NCBI GenBank assembly: GCA_035497595.1
Contig: DATJDE010000297.1
Coordinates: forward strand, 1-32,685
Direction of reading: 5' to 3'
Length of the DNA stretch: 32,685 bases
Source of the DNA: Rhizomicrobium sp.
GTDB taxonomy: Bacteria > Pseudomonadota > Alphaproteobacteria > Micropepsales > Micropepsaceae
Shown here piece after piece: positions 16,550-25,655 of this stretch (the first letter of the stretch is position 1; the number at the start of each line of letters is the position of its first letter). A program made the translations under genes and the position numbers. The notes below the pieces were generated by a model. That model had not been told where the DNA came from, did no database searches, and worked only from the letters and a program-made list of their open reading frames with translations.

Positions 16550-17797
16550 TCAGGGCGTTTCGTCAACGCTTTCCGGGCCGCGCGGATCAAGGTCCAGCGC
16601 GGAGGGCGATGCCTGTTGCGGCATCGGGCGGAACGCATCGCGATAGAGATCGGCGGCCGGGTCTGCTTTGCGGATGCGGTAGAGCGTGAACAGCACAAGA
16701 AACGCGTGAATGGCGGCGGTGTAGTAAAATAGTGCGCCGGTACCTGCGCGCGCGGTGGCCAAGGCTGCGAGAATTGGGCCTGCGACCGAGGCAAGGGAAT
16801 TGACCAGCAGCAGTGTGGCCGAGGCCTCGACAAAGGATTCCCGCGGCAGGCGATCATTGGTGTGGGCGACGGCGAGGCCGTAAACGGGCAGCGCCGTCAT
16901 GCCGAACACCGTTACCAGCACAAGGGTAAGGGTGAGGCTGGAGCCGCCGAACATTCCAAGCGCCACACCGGCAGCGCAGGCGCAGAGGCTTGTGCCGACA
17001 ATCACGATCCGCCGATCCATCCGATCCGACAGGCGGCCCAGTGGCATCTGGACCAGCGCGCCGCCCAAGGCCAATGCGCACATGAAGGCCGCGATCAGGC
17101 CTTTGTTCAGATCGTGCGCCTGGGCATAGACCGGCGCCAGCGTCCACACCGCGCCATTGGCAAGGCCGACACAGATACAGCCCATGACGCCGACTGGCGC
17201 GACTTTGAACAGGCGCAAGGGGCGCAGGCTGGGCACGGGGGTAGGCCGAGGCTGGGGCAGGCGCGTCAGGCCCATGGGGATCAGGCACAGCGCATAGAAC
17301 ATGGCCGACAGGTTGAAGAGCGAAAAACTTTGCGCGCCGCCCGCAATCAGCAGCGCCTGCCCGATGATGAGGCCGGTATAGTTGACCGTGAGATAGGACG
17401 AGAAAATGCGGCCACGGGTTTCGTTGGTCGCCCGATCATTGAGCCAGCTTTCGATCACCATATAGAGATTGGCGGCGGCGAACCCGATGGTGGCGCGCAC
17501 CATGGTCCAGAACAACTCGTTGACGATCAGGGGCTGGGCAATGGCGGTGGCCGCGGCAAGGCCTGCCGCTACCGCAAAGGTGCGGCTGTGGCCAACGCGC
17601 AGGAGCAGGCGCGGGCCAGCAAAGCAGCCGATGAAAAACCCGGCATAATAGGCAGAGCCCATGATGCCGATGGCCAGATCGCTGAAGCCATCGAGATGGG
17701 CGCGCACGGGCGTGACCGTGCCGAGCAAACCATTGCCGGTGAGGAAAACCAGTGTCGCCAGCAAAATCGCGGCGACTGGGTAGAGGTGTCGTCCCAT
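16550..17797 (-). CDS. MFS transporter (YcaD-like)
   Basis: About 12 hydrophobic helices; GNGLLGT, VIESWLN...RGRI, GRLSDRMDRR (MFS motif A). Confidence 0.9.
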   Translation of the reverse strand: MGRHLYPVAAILLATLVFLTGNGLLGTVTPVRAHLDGFSDLAIGIMGSAYYAGFFIGCFAGPRLLLRVGHSRTFAVAAGLAAATAIAQPLIVNELFWTMVRATIGFAAANLYMVIESWLNDRATNETRGRIFSSYLTVNYTGLIIGQALLIAGGAQSFSLFNLSAMFYALCLIPMGLTRLPQPRPTPVPSLRPLRLFKVAPVGVMGCICVGLANGAVWTLAPVYAQAHDLNKGLIAAFMCALALGGALVQMPLGRLSDRMDRRIVIVGTSLCACAAGVALGMFGGSSLTLTLVLVTVFGMTALPVYGLAVAHTNDRLPRESFVEASATLLLVNSLASVAGPILAALATARAGTGALFYYTAAIHAFLVLFTLYRIRKADPAADLYRDAFRPMPQQASPSALDLDPRGPESVDETP

Positions 17798-17836
17798 AAC
17801 GAACTGGCGGGCTCAAACGGTGGTGAGGCGAGCCTA

Positions 17837-18463
17837 TCAGATGATGTAACGGGCCACCACAAAGCCCAGCACAACGATGGCCAGAAAACCGATCATCACG
17901 AGTTCGAGCCGCTTTTCGATGAAGGCGCGGATCGGTTCGCCGAAATACGCCAGAAGCCCGCAGACGATGCCAAAGCGCAGGCCCCGTGTGATCGCCGACA
18001 GCACCACGAACAGGAAAAAGTTGTAGCCGGCAAAGCCCGAGGCGATGGTCACCAGCTTGAAGGGGATGGGCGTTGCGCCTTTGATGAGGATGATCCAGGC
18101 GCCATATTCGGCATACATGGCGCGGAAGGCGTCGAGATCCTTGCCATAGCCATAGGCCGAGATCAGCCATTGGCCGACGGAATCATAGAGCCACGCGCCG
18201 ATGGCATAGCCCGCGATCCCGCCCAGCACCGACCACAACATGCACCAGCCCGCCAGCAGCATGGCGCGTTTTCTGTCGGCCAGCGCCATCGGCACCAGCA
18301 TGACATCGGGCGGGATAGGGAAGAACGAGGCTTCGGCGAAGGAGACCCCTGCCAGCGCCATCCAGGCATGGCGGCCTTCGGCGTGGCGCATCAGCCAGAA
18401 ATAGAGGCCCCTTAAGACCCCTTTGCGTGAGACGGTGTCCGATTGGGCAGAAGAGTCCGACAT
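17837..18463 (-). CDS. YqaA/DedA-like (VTT domain) membrane protein
   Basis: SFAEASFFPIPPDVMLVPM; TPIPFKLVTIASG; RGLRF. Confidence 0.9.
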   Translation of the reverse strand: MSDSSAQSDTVSRKGVLRGLYFWLMRHAEGRHAWMALAGVSFAEASFFPIPPDVMLVPMALADRKRAMLLAGWCMLWSVLGGIAGYAIGAWLYDSVGQWLISAYGYGKDLDAFRAMYAEYGAWIILIKGATPIPFKLVTIASGFAGYNFFLFVVLSAITRGLRFGIVCGLLAYFGEPIRAFIEKRLELVMIGFLAIVVLGFVVARYII

Positions 18464-18586
18464 CGCTGATCCGTCTGAAGCGCGGCGCTTTCTATCAATC
18501 GCGGGACGCTTCGTCCATTGCCCAGTGCTTGCCCGGCCCAGCCGGAATGTCTAGCGTTGCGCACGAAAAATCCGGCGACAGGAACA

Positions 18587-20641
18587 ATGGCGAAGCGCAA
18601 GATAAAGACGGCGCGTAAAAGCGCAGCGGCAAAAACGACACGCACAACAAAAGCGCGCGCCACACCCCGAAAGGTCAAAAAAGCCGCACCCGCACGCGGC
18701 AAGACCGCGGCGCGGCCCATCAAGGGCCCAGCGAAGGTGAAGGCAAACACCAAGGTCAAAGCCTCAACCAAGGTCAAAGCCAAGCTTAAGGCAAAGACGA
18801 AGGTCAGCACGGCGAAGGTAAAGGCTGCGGTGACGGCAAAAGCGATCCGCAAACCGGCAGCAAAACCCGCCCTCAAACGCGTTGCCAAAGCCCCTGTCCG
18901 GCAGGCCAGCAAGGTGGGCAGCAAGCGCATTCCGGCGCGGCCCCGCAAAGCGCTGACACCGCGCGGCCGCGCAGGCTCGCGCGTTGTTTCCAAGACACAG
19001 ATTCACGTCGGCGCCAGCGCCTATGACCGCGACCTGGACCGCAACGCCGCCAATTTCCAGCCATTGTCACCGCTGACCTTTTTAGAACGCGCGGCCACGG
19101 TCTATCCCGATCGGGTTGCTATTGTGCATGGCGCGGCCCGCACGACTTACGCGGATTTTTATCGCCGTTCGAAGCAGCTTGCGTCTGCGTTGCGCAATGC
19201 CGGCATTCGCAAGAACGATACGGTGGCGGTGCTGCTGGCCAACTCACCGCCGATGCTGGAAGCCCATTTTGGCGTGCCGATGGCAGGCGCGGTGCTGAAC
19301 ACGCTGAACACCCGGCTCGATCCTGCAACACTTGCGTTCATGCTCGACCATGGCGACGCCAAGGTGCTGATCGCGGACCGTGAATTTGCCGATACGGTGC
19401 GCCAGGTGCTGAGCATCGCCAAAGTGAAGCCGCTGATCATCGATTATAACGACCCGGAATTTCCGCAAGGCAATGATGGCGTTTCAGCGCGCGACTATGA
19501 AGCGTTTATCGCCGAGGGCGATGCGGATTTCGCCTGGACCGGACCTGGCGATGAGTGGGATGCGATTTCCCTCAACTATACGTCAGGCACCACCGGCGAT
19601 CCCAAGGGTGTCGTCTATCATCATCGCGGCGCGGCCCTGATGGGCTATGGCAATATCATCGCGGCGAATATCGGCTCCGAGGCGGTCTATCTTTGGACGC
19701 TGCCGATGTTTCATTGCAATGGCTGGTGTTTTCCGTGGTCGATCACGGTGGTGGCGGGCACCCATGTCTGTCTGCGCTGGGTGCGCGCCAAGGCGATTTA
19801 TGATGCGATTGCCGAACATGGCGTGACCCATATGAGCGGGGCGCCGATTGTCATGTCCGCCTTGCTCAATGCCGGCGACGCTGAAAAGCGCAGCTTCGAT
19901 CAACGTGTGAGCTTTATCACCGCAGCAGCCCCGCCGCCCGAAGCGGTGTTGGCGGCGATGGATGCAGCAGGCTTCGGCGTCACCCATGCCTATGGCCTGA
20001 CCGAAACCTACGGCCCCGCGGTGGTGAATGACTGGAAGCCGGAGTGGGACAGGCTGGGCCCTGCCGAACGGGCGACCCGCAAAGCACGGCAGGGCGTGCG
20101 CTATCACGCGCTGGAAGGCTTGAGCGTGATGGACCCGCAAACCATGGAGCCGGTGCCTGCCGATGGCGAAACCCTCGGCGAGGTGATGTTTCGCGGCAAC
20201 ATCGTGATGAAGGGCTATTTGAAAAACGCCGCCGCAACGAAAGAGGCGTTTGCCGGTGGCTGGTTTCATTCCGGTGATCTGGGCGTGATGCACGCCGATG
20301 GTTATCTCCAGCTCAAGGACCGCTCGAAGGACATCATCATTTCGGGCGGCGAGAACATTTCGTCGATCGAGGTGGAGAACACGCTCAACAAACACCCTTC
20401 GGTGATGTTTGCTGCCGTGGTGGCGCGGCCCGATGAGAAATGGGGCGAGACGCCGTGCGCCTTTGTGGAGCGCAGACAAGGCTTCGAGTATGTGACCGAA
20501 GACGATCTCATTGCCCATTGCCGGGACAATCTTGCGCGCTTCAAGATTCCCAAACATGTCGTGTTCATCGAACTGCCCAAGACACCGACGGGTAAGATTC
20601 AAAAATTCAAGCTGCGCGAGATAGCCAAGGATCTGCATTGA
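18587..20641 (+). CDS. Acyl-CoA synthetase (AMP-forming) with a 142-aa Lys/Ala-rich, histone-H1-like N-terminal extension
   Basis: Enzyme motifs: LDRNAANFQPLSPLTFLERAA, YTSGTTGDPKG, YGLTE, GWFHSGDLG, RSKDIIISGGENI, LPKTPTGKIQK. AGGA SD precedes ATG 18587; the frame is open through the basic extension with no internal Met. Confidence 0.9.
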   Translation: MAKRKIKTARKSAAAKTTRTTKARATPRKVKKAAPARGKTAARPIKGPAKVKANTKVKASTKVKAKLKAKTKVSTAKVKAAVTAKAIRKPAAKPALKRVAKAPVRQASKVGSKRIPARPRKALTPRGRAGSRVVSKTQIHVGASAYDRDLDRNAANFQPLSPLTFLERAATVYPDRVAIVHGAARTTYADFYRRSKQLASALRNAGIRKNDTVAVLLANSPPMLEAHFGVPMAGAVLNTLNTRLDPATLAFMLDHGDAKVLIADREFADTVRQVLSIAKVKPLIIDYNDPEFPQGNDGVSARDYEAFIAEGDADFAWTGPGDEWDAISLNYTSGTTGDPKGVVYHHRGAALMGYGNIIAANIGSEAVYLWTLPMFHCNGWCFPWSITVVAGTHVCLRWVRAKAIYDAIAEHGVTHMSGAPIVMSALLNAGDAEKRSFDQRVSFITAAAPPPEAVLAAMDAAGFGVTHAYGLTETYGPAVVNDWKPEWDRLGPAERATRKARQGVRYHALEGLSVMDPQTMEPVPADGETLGEVMFRGNIVMKGYLKNAAATKEAFAGGWFHSGDLGVMHADGYLQLKDRSKDIIISGGENISSIEVENTLNKHPSVMFAAVVARPDEKWGETPCAFVERRQGFEYVTEDDLIAHCRDNLARFKIPKHVVFIELPKTPTGKIQKFKLREIAKDLH
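18734..18826 (+). repeat. Coding tandem repeat of KVKA(xT) units
   Basis: aaggtgaaggcaaacacc / aaggtcaaagcctcaacc / aaggtcaaagcc / aagcttaaggcaaagacg / aaggtcagcacggcg / aaggtaaaggct. Confidence 0.75.
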
Positions 20642-20793
20642 ATACGCGCCGCGCGGCGGAGAAACCGCGCGGTCACCTCCCGGTGATGGACCGGGCACAC
20701 CTGTTCAGACACAAATGTGTTCTCACACAAACGTGCTCAAACAGGTGCCCGTGCCATGCTCAAGGAAGGCTGATCAGCACAAGGCTGGCCAGA

Positions 20794-20967
20794 TCAGTTA
20801 AGTCTGGTTCTCAGGCGTTCTATTTCATCTCTGAGGCGAAGTTTTTGTTTTTTGAGCGCTGAGACTCGCGTGTCATCCCAAGTGGGACGGGCGAGTTCTG
20901 TTTCGATGCGCTGTTCGAGTTTTCTGTGTTTGTCGGAGAGTTCCTGAATATGCCCTGCTAGTGCCAT
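20794..20967 (-). CDS. DUF465/YdcH family small coiled-coil protein
   Basis: MALAGHIQELSDKHRKLEQRIETELARP...LKKQKLRLRDEIERL; GAGG SD upstream. Confidence 0.88.
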   Translation of the reverse strand: MALAGHIQELSDKHRKLEQRIETELARPTWDDTRVSALKKQKLRLRDEIERLRTRLN

Positions 20968-21179
20968 CGCCTGCACCTCTCTGCTGTTAAGGCATGGACA
21001 ATTAGACCACCAACCAAGCGTCCTGTCACCCGCTTTGAAGACGATTGCCTTCCCGGACATTAATGGCAAAAAATGAGACACTGCCGGTTGTATAACGGCG
21101 GACAGATTCGGAAGGCACGGCAACGGGCAGTTTGTCCGTTGCAGCCGCGAGAATGAAGGGTTTTTCGGTATAGGCGCGC

Positions 21180-21386
21180 ATGACTGAGACAGAGGAACAG
21201 GGACTGAAGATCAGGCTGGCGGAGCTTGGCCAAGAACACCGGGCGCTCGATGCCGCCATTGCCGCCCTTGTTCAGACGGGAACCGGTGACCAGATTCAGC
21301 TGTCGCGGCTGAAGAAGCGCAAGCTCCAGTTGAAAGATCAGATCACGCAAATCGAAGATGCACTGCTGCCCGATATTATTGCGTAA
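21180..21386 (+). CDS. DUF465/YdcH family small coiled-coil protein
   Basis: LAELGQEHRALDAAI...RLKKRKLQLKDQI..IED.LLPDIIA. Confidence 0.9.
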   Translation: MTETEEQGLKIRLAELGQEHRALDAAIAALVQTGTGDQIQLSRLKKRKLQLKDQITQIEDALLPDIIA

Positions 21387-21401
21387 CGGAAATAAAGGAG
21401 C

Positions 21402-22121
21402 TCAGCGAGCGCGTTTGTGCGCGTACATCGCCTCATCGGCCCGCGCCATGGCGGTATCGGCGCTTTCGCCGGGCTTGAGTTCAAAGGCGCCGTAAGAAAA
21501 TGTCACGGTAATGGGTTGCCCGCGCCATTGGGTGGGAGAAGCATTCAACCTGTCGGCCAGCGCATCGGCTTTGCGCATTGCCTGATCCTGCGTCGCATGG
21601 CTGAGAATGACGCCAAATTCATCACCGCCGAGGCGGCCGACAATATCGCTGTCGCGCACATTGGCCTTCAGGATTTCGGCAAAATGGCCGAGCACCGCAT
21701 CGCCCCCGGCATGGCCATGGGTATCGTTGATTGCCTTGAACCCGTCGAGATCGAAATAGATCAGGCTGGCCGCCATGCCATAACGATCGGAGAAGGCGAT
21801 ATAGCGGGTCAGTTCCCGCACAAAGGCGCGCCGGTTGAGCAGCGGCAGAAGGTGATCCTGATCGGCGGCCTTCTCGACATCGCCGAGGCGCGCTTTGGTC
21901 TGCTCCAGCTCGCGGCGCAAGGAATCTACCTCGCCCATCAGCACCATGATCGCATCGCGCACCGACGGGGTGAATTCGGATTCGGGGATGCCGAGCACGC
22001 TGGCACTGGCAACCGCAGCGGGCGCCGGTTCGAGCACGGTCGAAGATTCGGCACGGCGCGCATAGGCGGCCGCACCTACGGCGCGGGGGCCGCTGCCTGC
22101 ACTGCTGCGCTCGATCTTCAC
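21402..22121 (-). CDS. Diguanylate cyclase (coiled coil + GGDEF domain)
   Basis: DHLLPLLNRRAF; DLDGFKAINDTHGHAGGD; RDSD I-site five residues before an intact GGDEF; ADEAMY. GTG start. Confidence 0.92.
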   Translation of the reverse strand: MKIERSSAGSGPRAVGAAAYARRAESSTVLEPAPAAVASASVLGIPESEFTPSVRDAIMVLMGEVDSLRRELEQTKARLGDVEKAADQDHLLPLLNRRAFVRELTRYIAFSDRYGMAASLIYFDLDGFKAINDTHGHAGGDAVLGHFAEILKANVRDSDIVGRLGGDEFGVILSHATQDQAMRKADALADRLNASPTQWRGQPITVTFSYGAFELKPGESADTAMARADEAMYAHKRAR

Positions 22122-22144
22122 AGGAGTCTCCGGAACTCTGATGT

Positions 22145-22180
22145 TTAACTTTTGATTGAGGATGGTTCCTAAAGTGTTAA
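22145..22180. promoter_or_regulatory. Putative tandem CtrA boxes upstream of the diguanylate cyclase
   Basis: TTAA-N7-TTGA (22145-22159) and TTCC-N7-TTAA (22166-22180). Confidence 0.5.
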
Positions 22181-22270
22181 CGACGGCCGAAATGCCACCT
22201 TTCGCTGGCGCTTTCTGAGCTTATAGTGAGTCGCTTCTTCGCGGATTCATTTCAATCAGGCAGGAAGCAT

Positions 22271-22753
22271 ATGGCCTCTCCTCTCGTCGGTCTTATCATG
22301 GGCAGCCAGTCCGACTGGCCGACCATGCGCGCCGCCGCCACAATCCTAGACGCACTTGGTATTGCACATGAAGCCAACATCATCTCGGCCCATCGCACGC
22401 CAGAGCGGCTGTTTACCTATGCCAGGGGCGCGGCGGACCGGGGGTTGAAGGTGATTATTGCAGGCGCAGGGGGCGCCGCCCATCTGCCGGGGATGGCCGC
22501 TTCGCTAACAACACTGCCGGTTCTGGGCGTGCCGGTGGAAAGCCGGGCGCTGAAGGGGCTGGATAGTCTTTTGTCGATCGTGCAGATGCCCGGCGGGGTG
22601 CCGGTGGCAACCTTCGCCATTGGCGAAAGCGGGGCCAAGAATGCGGCCCTGCACGCCGCCGCCATTCTGGCGCTGGGCGACGCAGAGCTGGCCGAGCGGC
22701 TCAGCGCCTGGCGCGCCCGCCAGACCGAGGCTGTGGCGCAAACCCCGCAATGA
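22271..22753 (+). CDS. purE: N5-carboxyaminoimidazole ribonucleotide mutase
   Basis: IMGSQSDW; SAHRTPE; [13 protein letters not shown]; [13 protein letters not shown]. Confidence 0.97.
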   Translation: MASPLVGLIMGSQSDWPTMRAAATILDALGIAHEANIISAHRTPERLFTYARGAADRGLKVIIAGAGGAAHLPGMAASLTTLPVLGVPVESRALKGLDSLLSIVQMPGGVPVATFAIGESGAKNAALHAAAILALGDAELAERLSAWRARQTEAVAQTPQ

Positions 22754-23877
22754 GCCAGTTCAAAGCACACTCCTCCCCCGTTCCCCCGGGGGGCAAAAAC
22801 GTCATTCCTGTGCCCCCCGGAGGCACGATCGGGATTCTGGGCGGCGGCCAATTGGGCCGGATGCTGGCGATGGCAGCCGCGCGGCTGGGGCTGAAGACGC
22901 ATATCTATTCCGACGCCAGCGACGCGCCGGCCTTTGAGGTGGCGGGCGCGCACAGCCATGCGCGTTATGACGATGAGGCGGCCCTCGCCGCGTTTGCAGC
23001 GGCCTGCGATGTGGTGACCTTCGAGTTTGAGAATGTGCCAAGCGCGACGGCGCAGTTTCTGGCTGAAAGGGTGACGGTCAATCCGGGGCCGCTGGCGCTT
23101 TCGATCTGTCAGGACAGGCTGGCGGAAAAAACCTTTATCGCGTCGCTGGGCTTGAAGACGCCGTCTTTCGCATCGGTGGACAAGGCGGCCGACATTGCGG
23201 CGGCCATTGCACATGTGGGCCTGCCTGCCGTGTTGAAGACCTGCCGCATGGGCTATGACGGCAAGGGGCAGGCGAAGATCAACAGCGCGGCAGACATTGC
23301 GGCAGCGCTGGAGCGCTTCAAGGGCGCGCCTGCGATTCTGGAATCCTTTATCCCCTTTTCGTTTGAAGCCTCGGTGATTGCGGCGCGCGGGCGCGATGGC
23401 ACGTTTGCCGCGTTCGATCCGCCGGAAAATACCCATGAGAACCATATCCTCAAACGCTCCACCGTGCCGTCGCGGCTGACGCGGGCGCAGGAAGACGAAG
23501 CCAAAGAGATTGCACGGCGGATTGGCGAGGCGCTGGGCTATGTCGGTGTGTTCGCCGTCGAGTTGTTTGTGGCTGATGACGGGGCGCTGATCGTCAACGA
23601 GATCGCACCGCGGGTGCATAATTCCGGCCACTGGACGATGGAAGCCTGCATCATCGGCCAGTTTGAACAGCACATCCGCGCATGTGCGGGCTGGCCTTTG
23701 GGCGATGGCGCGCGCCATGCCGATGCGGTGATGGAAAACCTGCTGGGCGAGGAGGCTGCCGACTGGCTGGCGCTTTGCGCACGCGGGGGCGCCCTGCATC
23801 TTTACGGCAAAGATAAAATCCGTGCGGGCCGCAAGATGGGGCACATCACCTGGTTGACGCCCAAGCGGGACGCTTAA
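22750..23877 (+). CDS. purK: N5-carboxyaminoimidazole ribonucleotide synthase
   Basis: [12 protein letters not shown]; GYDGKGQ; [14 protein letters not shown]; YGK...GRKMGH; ATGA overlap with purE. Confidence 0.97.
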   Translation: MSQFKAHSSPVPPGGKNVIPVPPGGTIGILGGGQLGRMLAMAAARLGLKTHIYSDASDAPAFEVAGAHSHARYDDEAALAAFAAACDVVTFEFENVPSATAQFLAERVTVNPGPLALSICQDRLAEKTFIASLGLKTPSFASVDKAADIAAAIAHVGLPAVLKTCRMGYDGKGQAKINSAADIAAALERFKGAPAILESFIPFSFEASVIAARGRDGTFAAFDPPENTHENHILKRSTVPSRLTRAQEDEAKEIARRIGEALGYVGVFAVELFVADDGALIVNEIAPRVHNSGHWTMEACIIGQFEQHIRACAGWPLGDGARHADAVMENLLGEEAADWLALCARGGALHLYGKDKIRAGRKMGHITWLTPKRDA

Positions 23878-24542
23878 GCCGAAGGGCCGCGGTTCAGGCG
23901 TTTGAGAAAATCTTCCAGCGAGGGAAGTTTCGCCATTTCTTTTTTCGCCTGCGCTTTCAGCTTTTCGAAATTCATCACATCCTGAATGCGGCGGTCGAGA
24001 AAATCGCGCGTCGCGCTTTCATCTTCGCTCGTATCGTTGAACCAGCGCAGCAGCGTGGCCGACAACACGCCCGCAAGAATGCCGCGCTTGGTATAGAAAT
24101 TGAAATCGGTGGAGGTGTCGCCGACGGCGCGCCACATTTCATCGACGGTGCGCCATAACAGTTTTGCACCCAAGCCTGCGTTGGGCGGCAGTGTGAGCAC
24201 GGCGGCGGCTCTACGCGCGGCCTCCTTGCGCCGCCGCAAGGCATCGAGCCGCGCCCACACGGCGGCGGCGATACGTTCGCGCACCGGCAAGGCGGCAAGA
24301 TCCTGTTCGGCGAGCAGGGCGAGCATCTGCTGATCTGCGCTGGTGGAAAACTCTTCCAGCAGATCGAGCGCACCCTTGGGGAAAAGCCGCGCCTGGGTGG
24401 CGGCATCGATTCTGGCATCCAGCCCTGCGCGTTCCAGCACAGAATCGGTGAAGCCATCGAAGGGAATGTGGGACAGTGCGGCTTCGAGCAGCCGGGCTTT
24501 CAGCACGGCATCTTCGGGAGGCGGGGTGGCAGGATCTGTCAT
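23874..24542 (-). CDS. COQ9 family protein (rpsU-divergently transcribed protein)
   Basis: HIPFDGFT; WRTVDEMWRAVGDTSTDFNFYTKRGIL; FLDRRIQDVMNFEK. Start at MTDP, overlapping the def stop. Confidence 0.9.
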   Translation of the reverse strand: MTDPATPPPEDAVLKARLLEAALSHIPFDGFTDSVLERAGLDARIDAATQARLFPKGALDLLEEFSTSADQQMLALLAEQDLAALPVRERIAAAVWARLDALRRRKEAARRAAAVLTLPPNAGLGAKLLWRTVDEMWRAVGDTSTDFNFYTKRGILAGVLSATLLRWFNDTSEDESATRDFLDRRIQDVMNFEKLKAQAKKEMAKLPSLEDFLKRLNRGPSA

Positions 24543-25090
24543 AATTCGGAGACCTTCACCCAATGCTTGGTTTCGCTTTCAAAGATCAGCTTGGTCATGT
24601 CGGTCATCCGCTGGGGATAGAGTATGCCGTCGAGATGGTCACATTCATGCTGGACCACGCGGGCGTGAAAGCCTTTGGCAGTGCGCATGATCTGGCGGCC
24701 CATCGTATCGAAGCCACGGTAGCGGATCTGGGCGGCGCGTTCGACATAGCCGCGCAGGCCCGGAACCGAGAGGCAGCCTTCCCAGCCGCCTTCTGTTTCC
24801 GGCCCCAGAACCTCGATTTCGGGGTTGATCAGCACGGTGAGCGGGGCGGTGTGGTCGAAGCGTTCGGCTTCCGACAGCCCTTCGCTGCGCCCCTCCGGGG
24901 CCTGAAAAACCACGACCCGCAAAGGGACATGAACCTGCGGCGCGGCAAGGCCAGCGCCATTGGCATCGGCCATGGTTTCCACCATCGAGGCGACCAGACG
25001 CCGGATGATGGGCGCGGTCGGATCCATGATGGATTGCGCCTTTTGGCCGAGTACCGGATGGCCCATGCGGGCTATTTTGAGAATTGGCAT
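24539..25090 (-). CDS. def: Peptide deformylase
   Basis: All three motifs present: GAGLAAPQV, EGCLSVP, QHECDHLDG. Confidence 0.96.
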   Translation of the reverse strand: MPILKIARMGHPVLGQKAQSIMDPTAPIIRRLVASMVETMADANGAGLAAPQVHVPLRVVVFQAPEGRSEGLSEAERFDHTAPLTVLINPEIEVLGPETEGGWEGCLSVPGLRGYVERAAQIRYRGFDTMGRQIMRTAKGFHARVVQHECDHLDGILYPQRMTDMTKLIFESETKHWVKVSEL

Positions 25091-25096
25091 GTGGCG

Positions 25097-25125
25097 AATA
25101 TGAGCACAGGGGCCTTGCCGGTCAA
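25097..25125 (-). promoter_or_regulatory. Sigma-70 promoter giving a leaderless def mRNA
   Basis: Minus strand TTGACC-N17-CATATT, then 6 nt to the ATG at 25090; no SD. Confidence 0.6.
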
Positions 25126-25164
25126 AGCGACCGAATGGTTGCGACGGGCGCAGAGGCGTTTACC

Positions 25165-25177
25165 TAAGTACCTGATT
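25165..25177 (-). promoter_or_regulatory. Putative IHF binding site between def and rpsU
   Basis: Minus strand AATCAGGTACTTA matches WATCARNNNNTTR and has an AT-rich tract on its 5' side. Confidence 0.45.
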
Positions 25178-25375
25178 TATATGAAATTTATCTTTAGCGC
25201 GTGGCTCAGCGCGGGTTACTGTCGAAAATAGCCGCGGGGACCGGGGATTTTCGGTGTGGGAATCAGGCCGATCCCGGCGAAGAAAGGCAGAAGGCGGGAT
25301 AGACAGGGAAAACCGCGTCTGTTATCACCCGCGCCCTCGACACTACCCCACATGACTGCCCCTCAGGAGTTGCCT

Positions 25376-25588
25376 TTGCAGATCATCGTCCGCGACAATA
25401 ATATCGATCAAGCGCTCAAGGCGCTGAAGAAGAAGATGCAGCGCGAAGGCATCTTCCGCGAGATGAAGCTCCGGGGCCATTATGAGAAGCCGAGCGTGAA
25501 GCGCGCCCGCGAACGGGCCGAGGCGATCCGCCGGTATCGCAAGCTCCAGCGCAAGCGTTTGCAGCGCGAAGGCGTGCTGCCGCGTTAA
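25376..25588 (+). CDS. rpsU: 30S ribosomal protein S21
   Basis: TTG start after AGGAG; [30 protein letters not shown]...YEKPS. Confidence 0.97.
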   Translation: MQIIVRDNNIDQALKALKKKMQREGIFREMKLRGHYEKPSVKRARERAEAIRRYRKLQRKRLQREGVLPR

Positions 25589-25612
25589 GCCGTTTCAGCA
25601 CTTACGCATATG

Positions 25613-25635
25613 GGCCGCCTTTCGGGCGGCCTTTT
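25613..25635 (+). terminator. Intrinsic terminator of rpsU
   Basis: GGCCGCC-TTTCG-GGCGGCC followed by TTTT. Confidence 0.75.
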
Positions 25636-25655
25636 GCGTTTTGGGCGTTTGGAAC

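Noticed and set aside
18412-18993. 193-aa hydrophobic minus-strand ORF that looks like a membrane protein
   Set aside because: It is the antisense mirror of the Lys/Ala-rich tail: AAA/AAG codons read as Phe/Leu on the other strand.
20693-20750. Short repeats as a possible mini-CRISPR
   Set aside because: Units are adjacent and degenerate, with no spacers and no cas genes.
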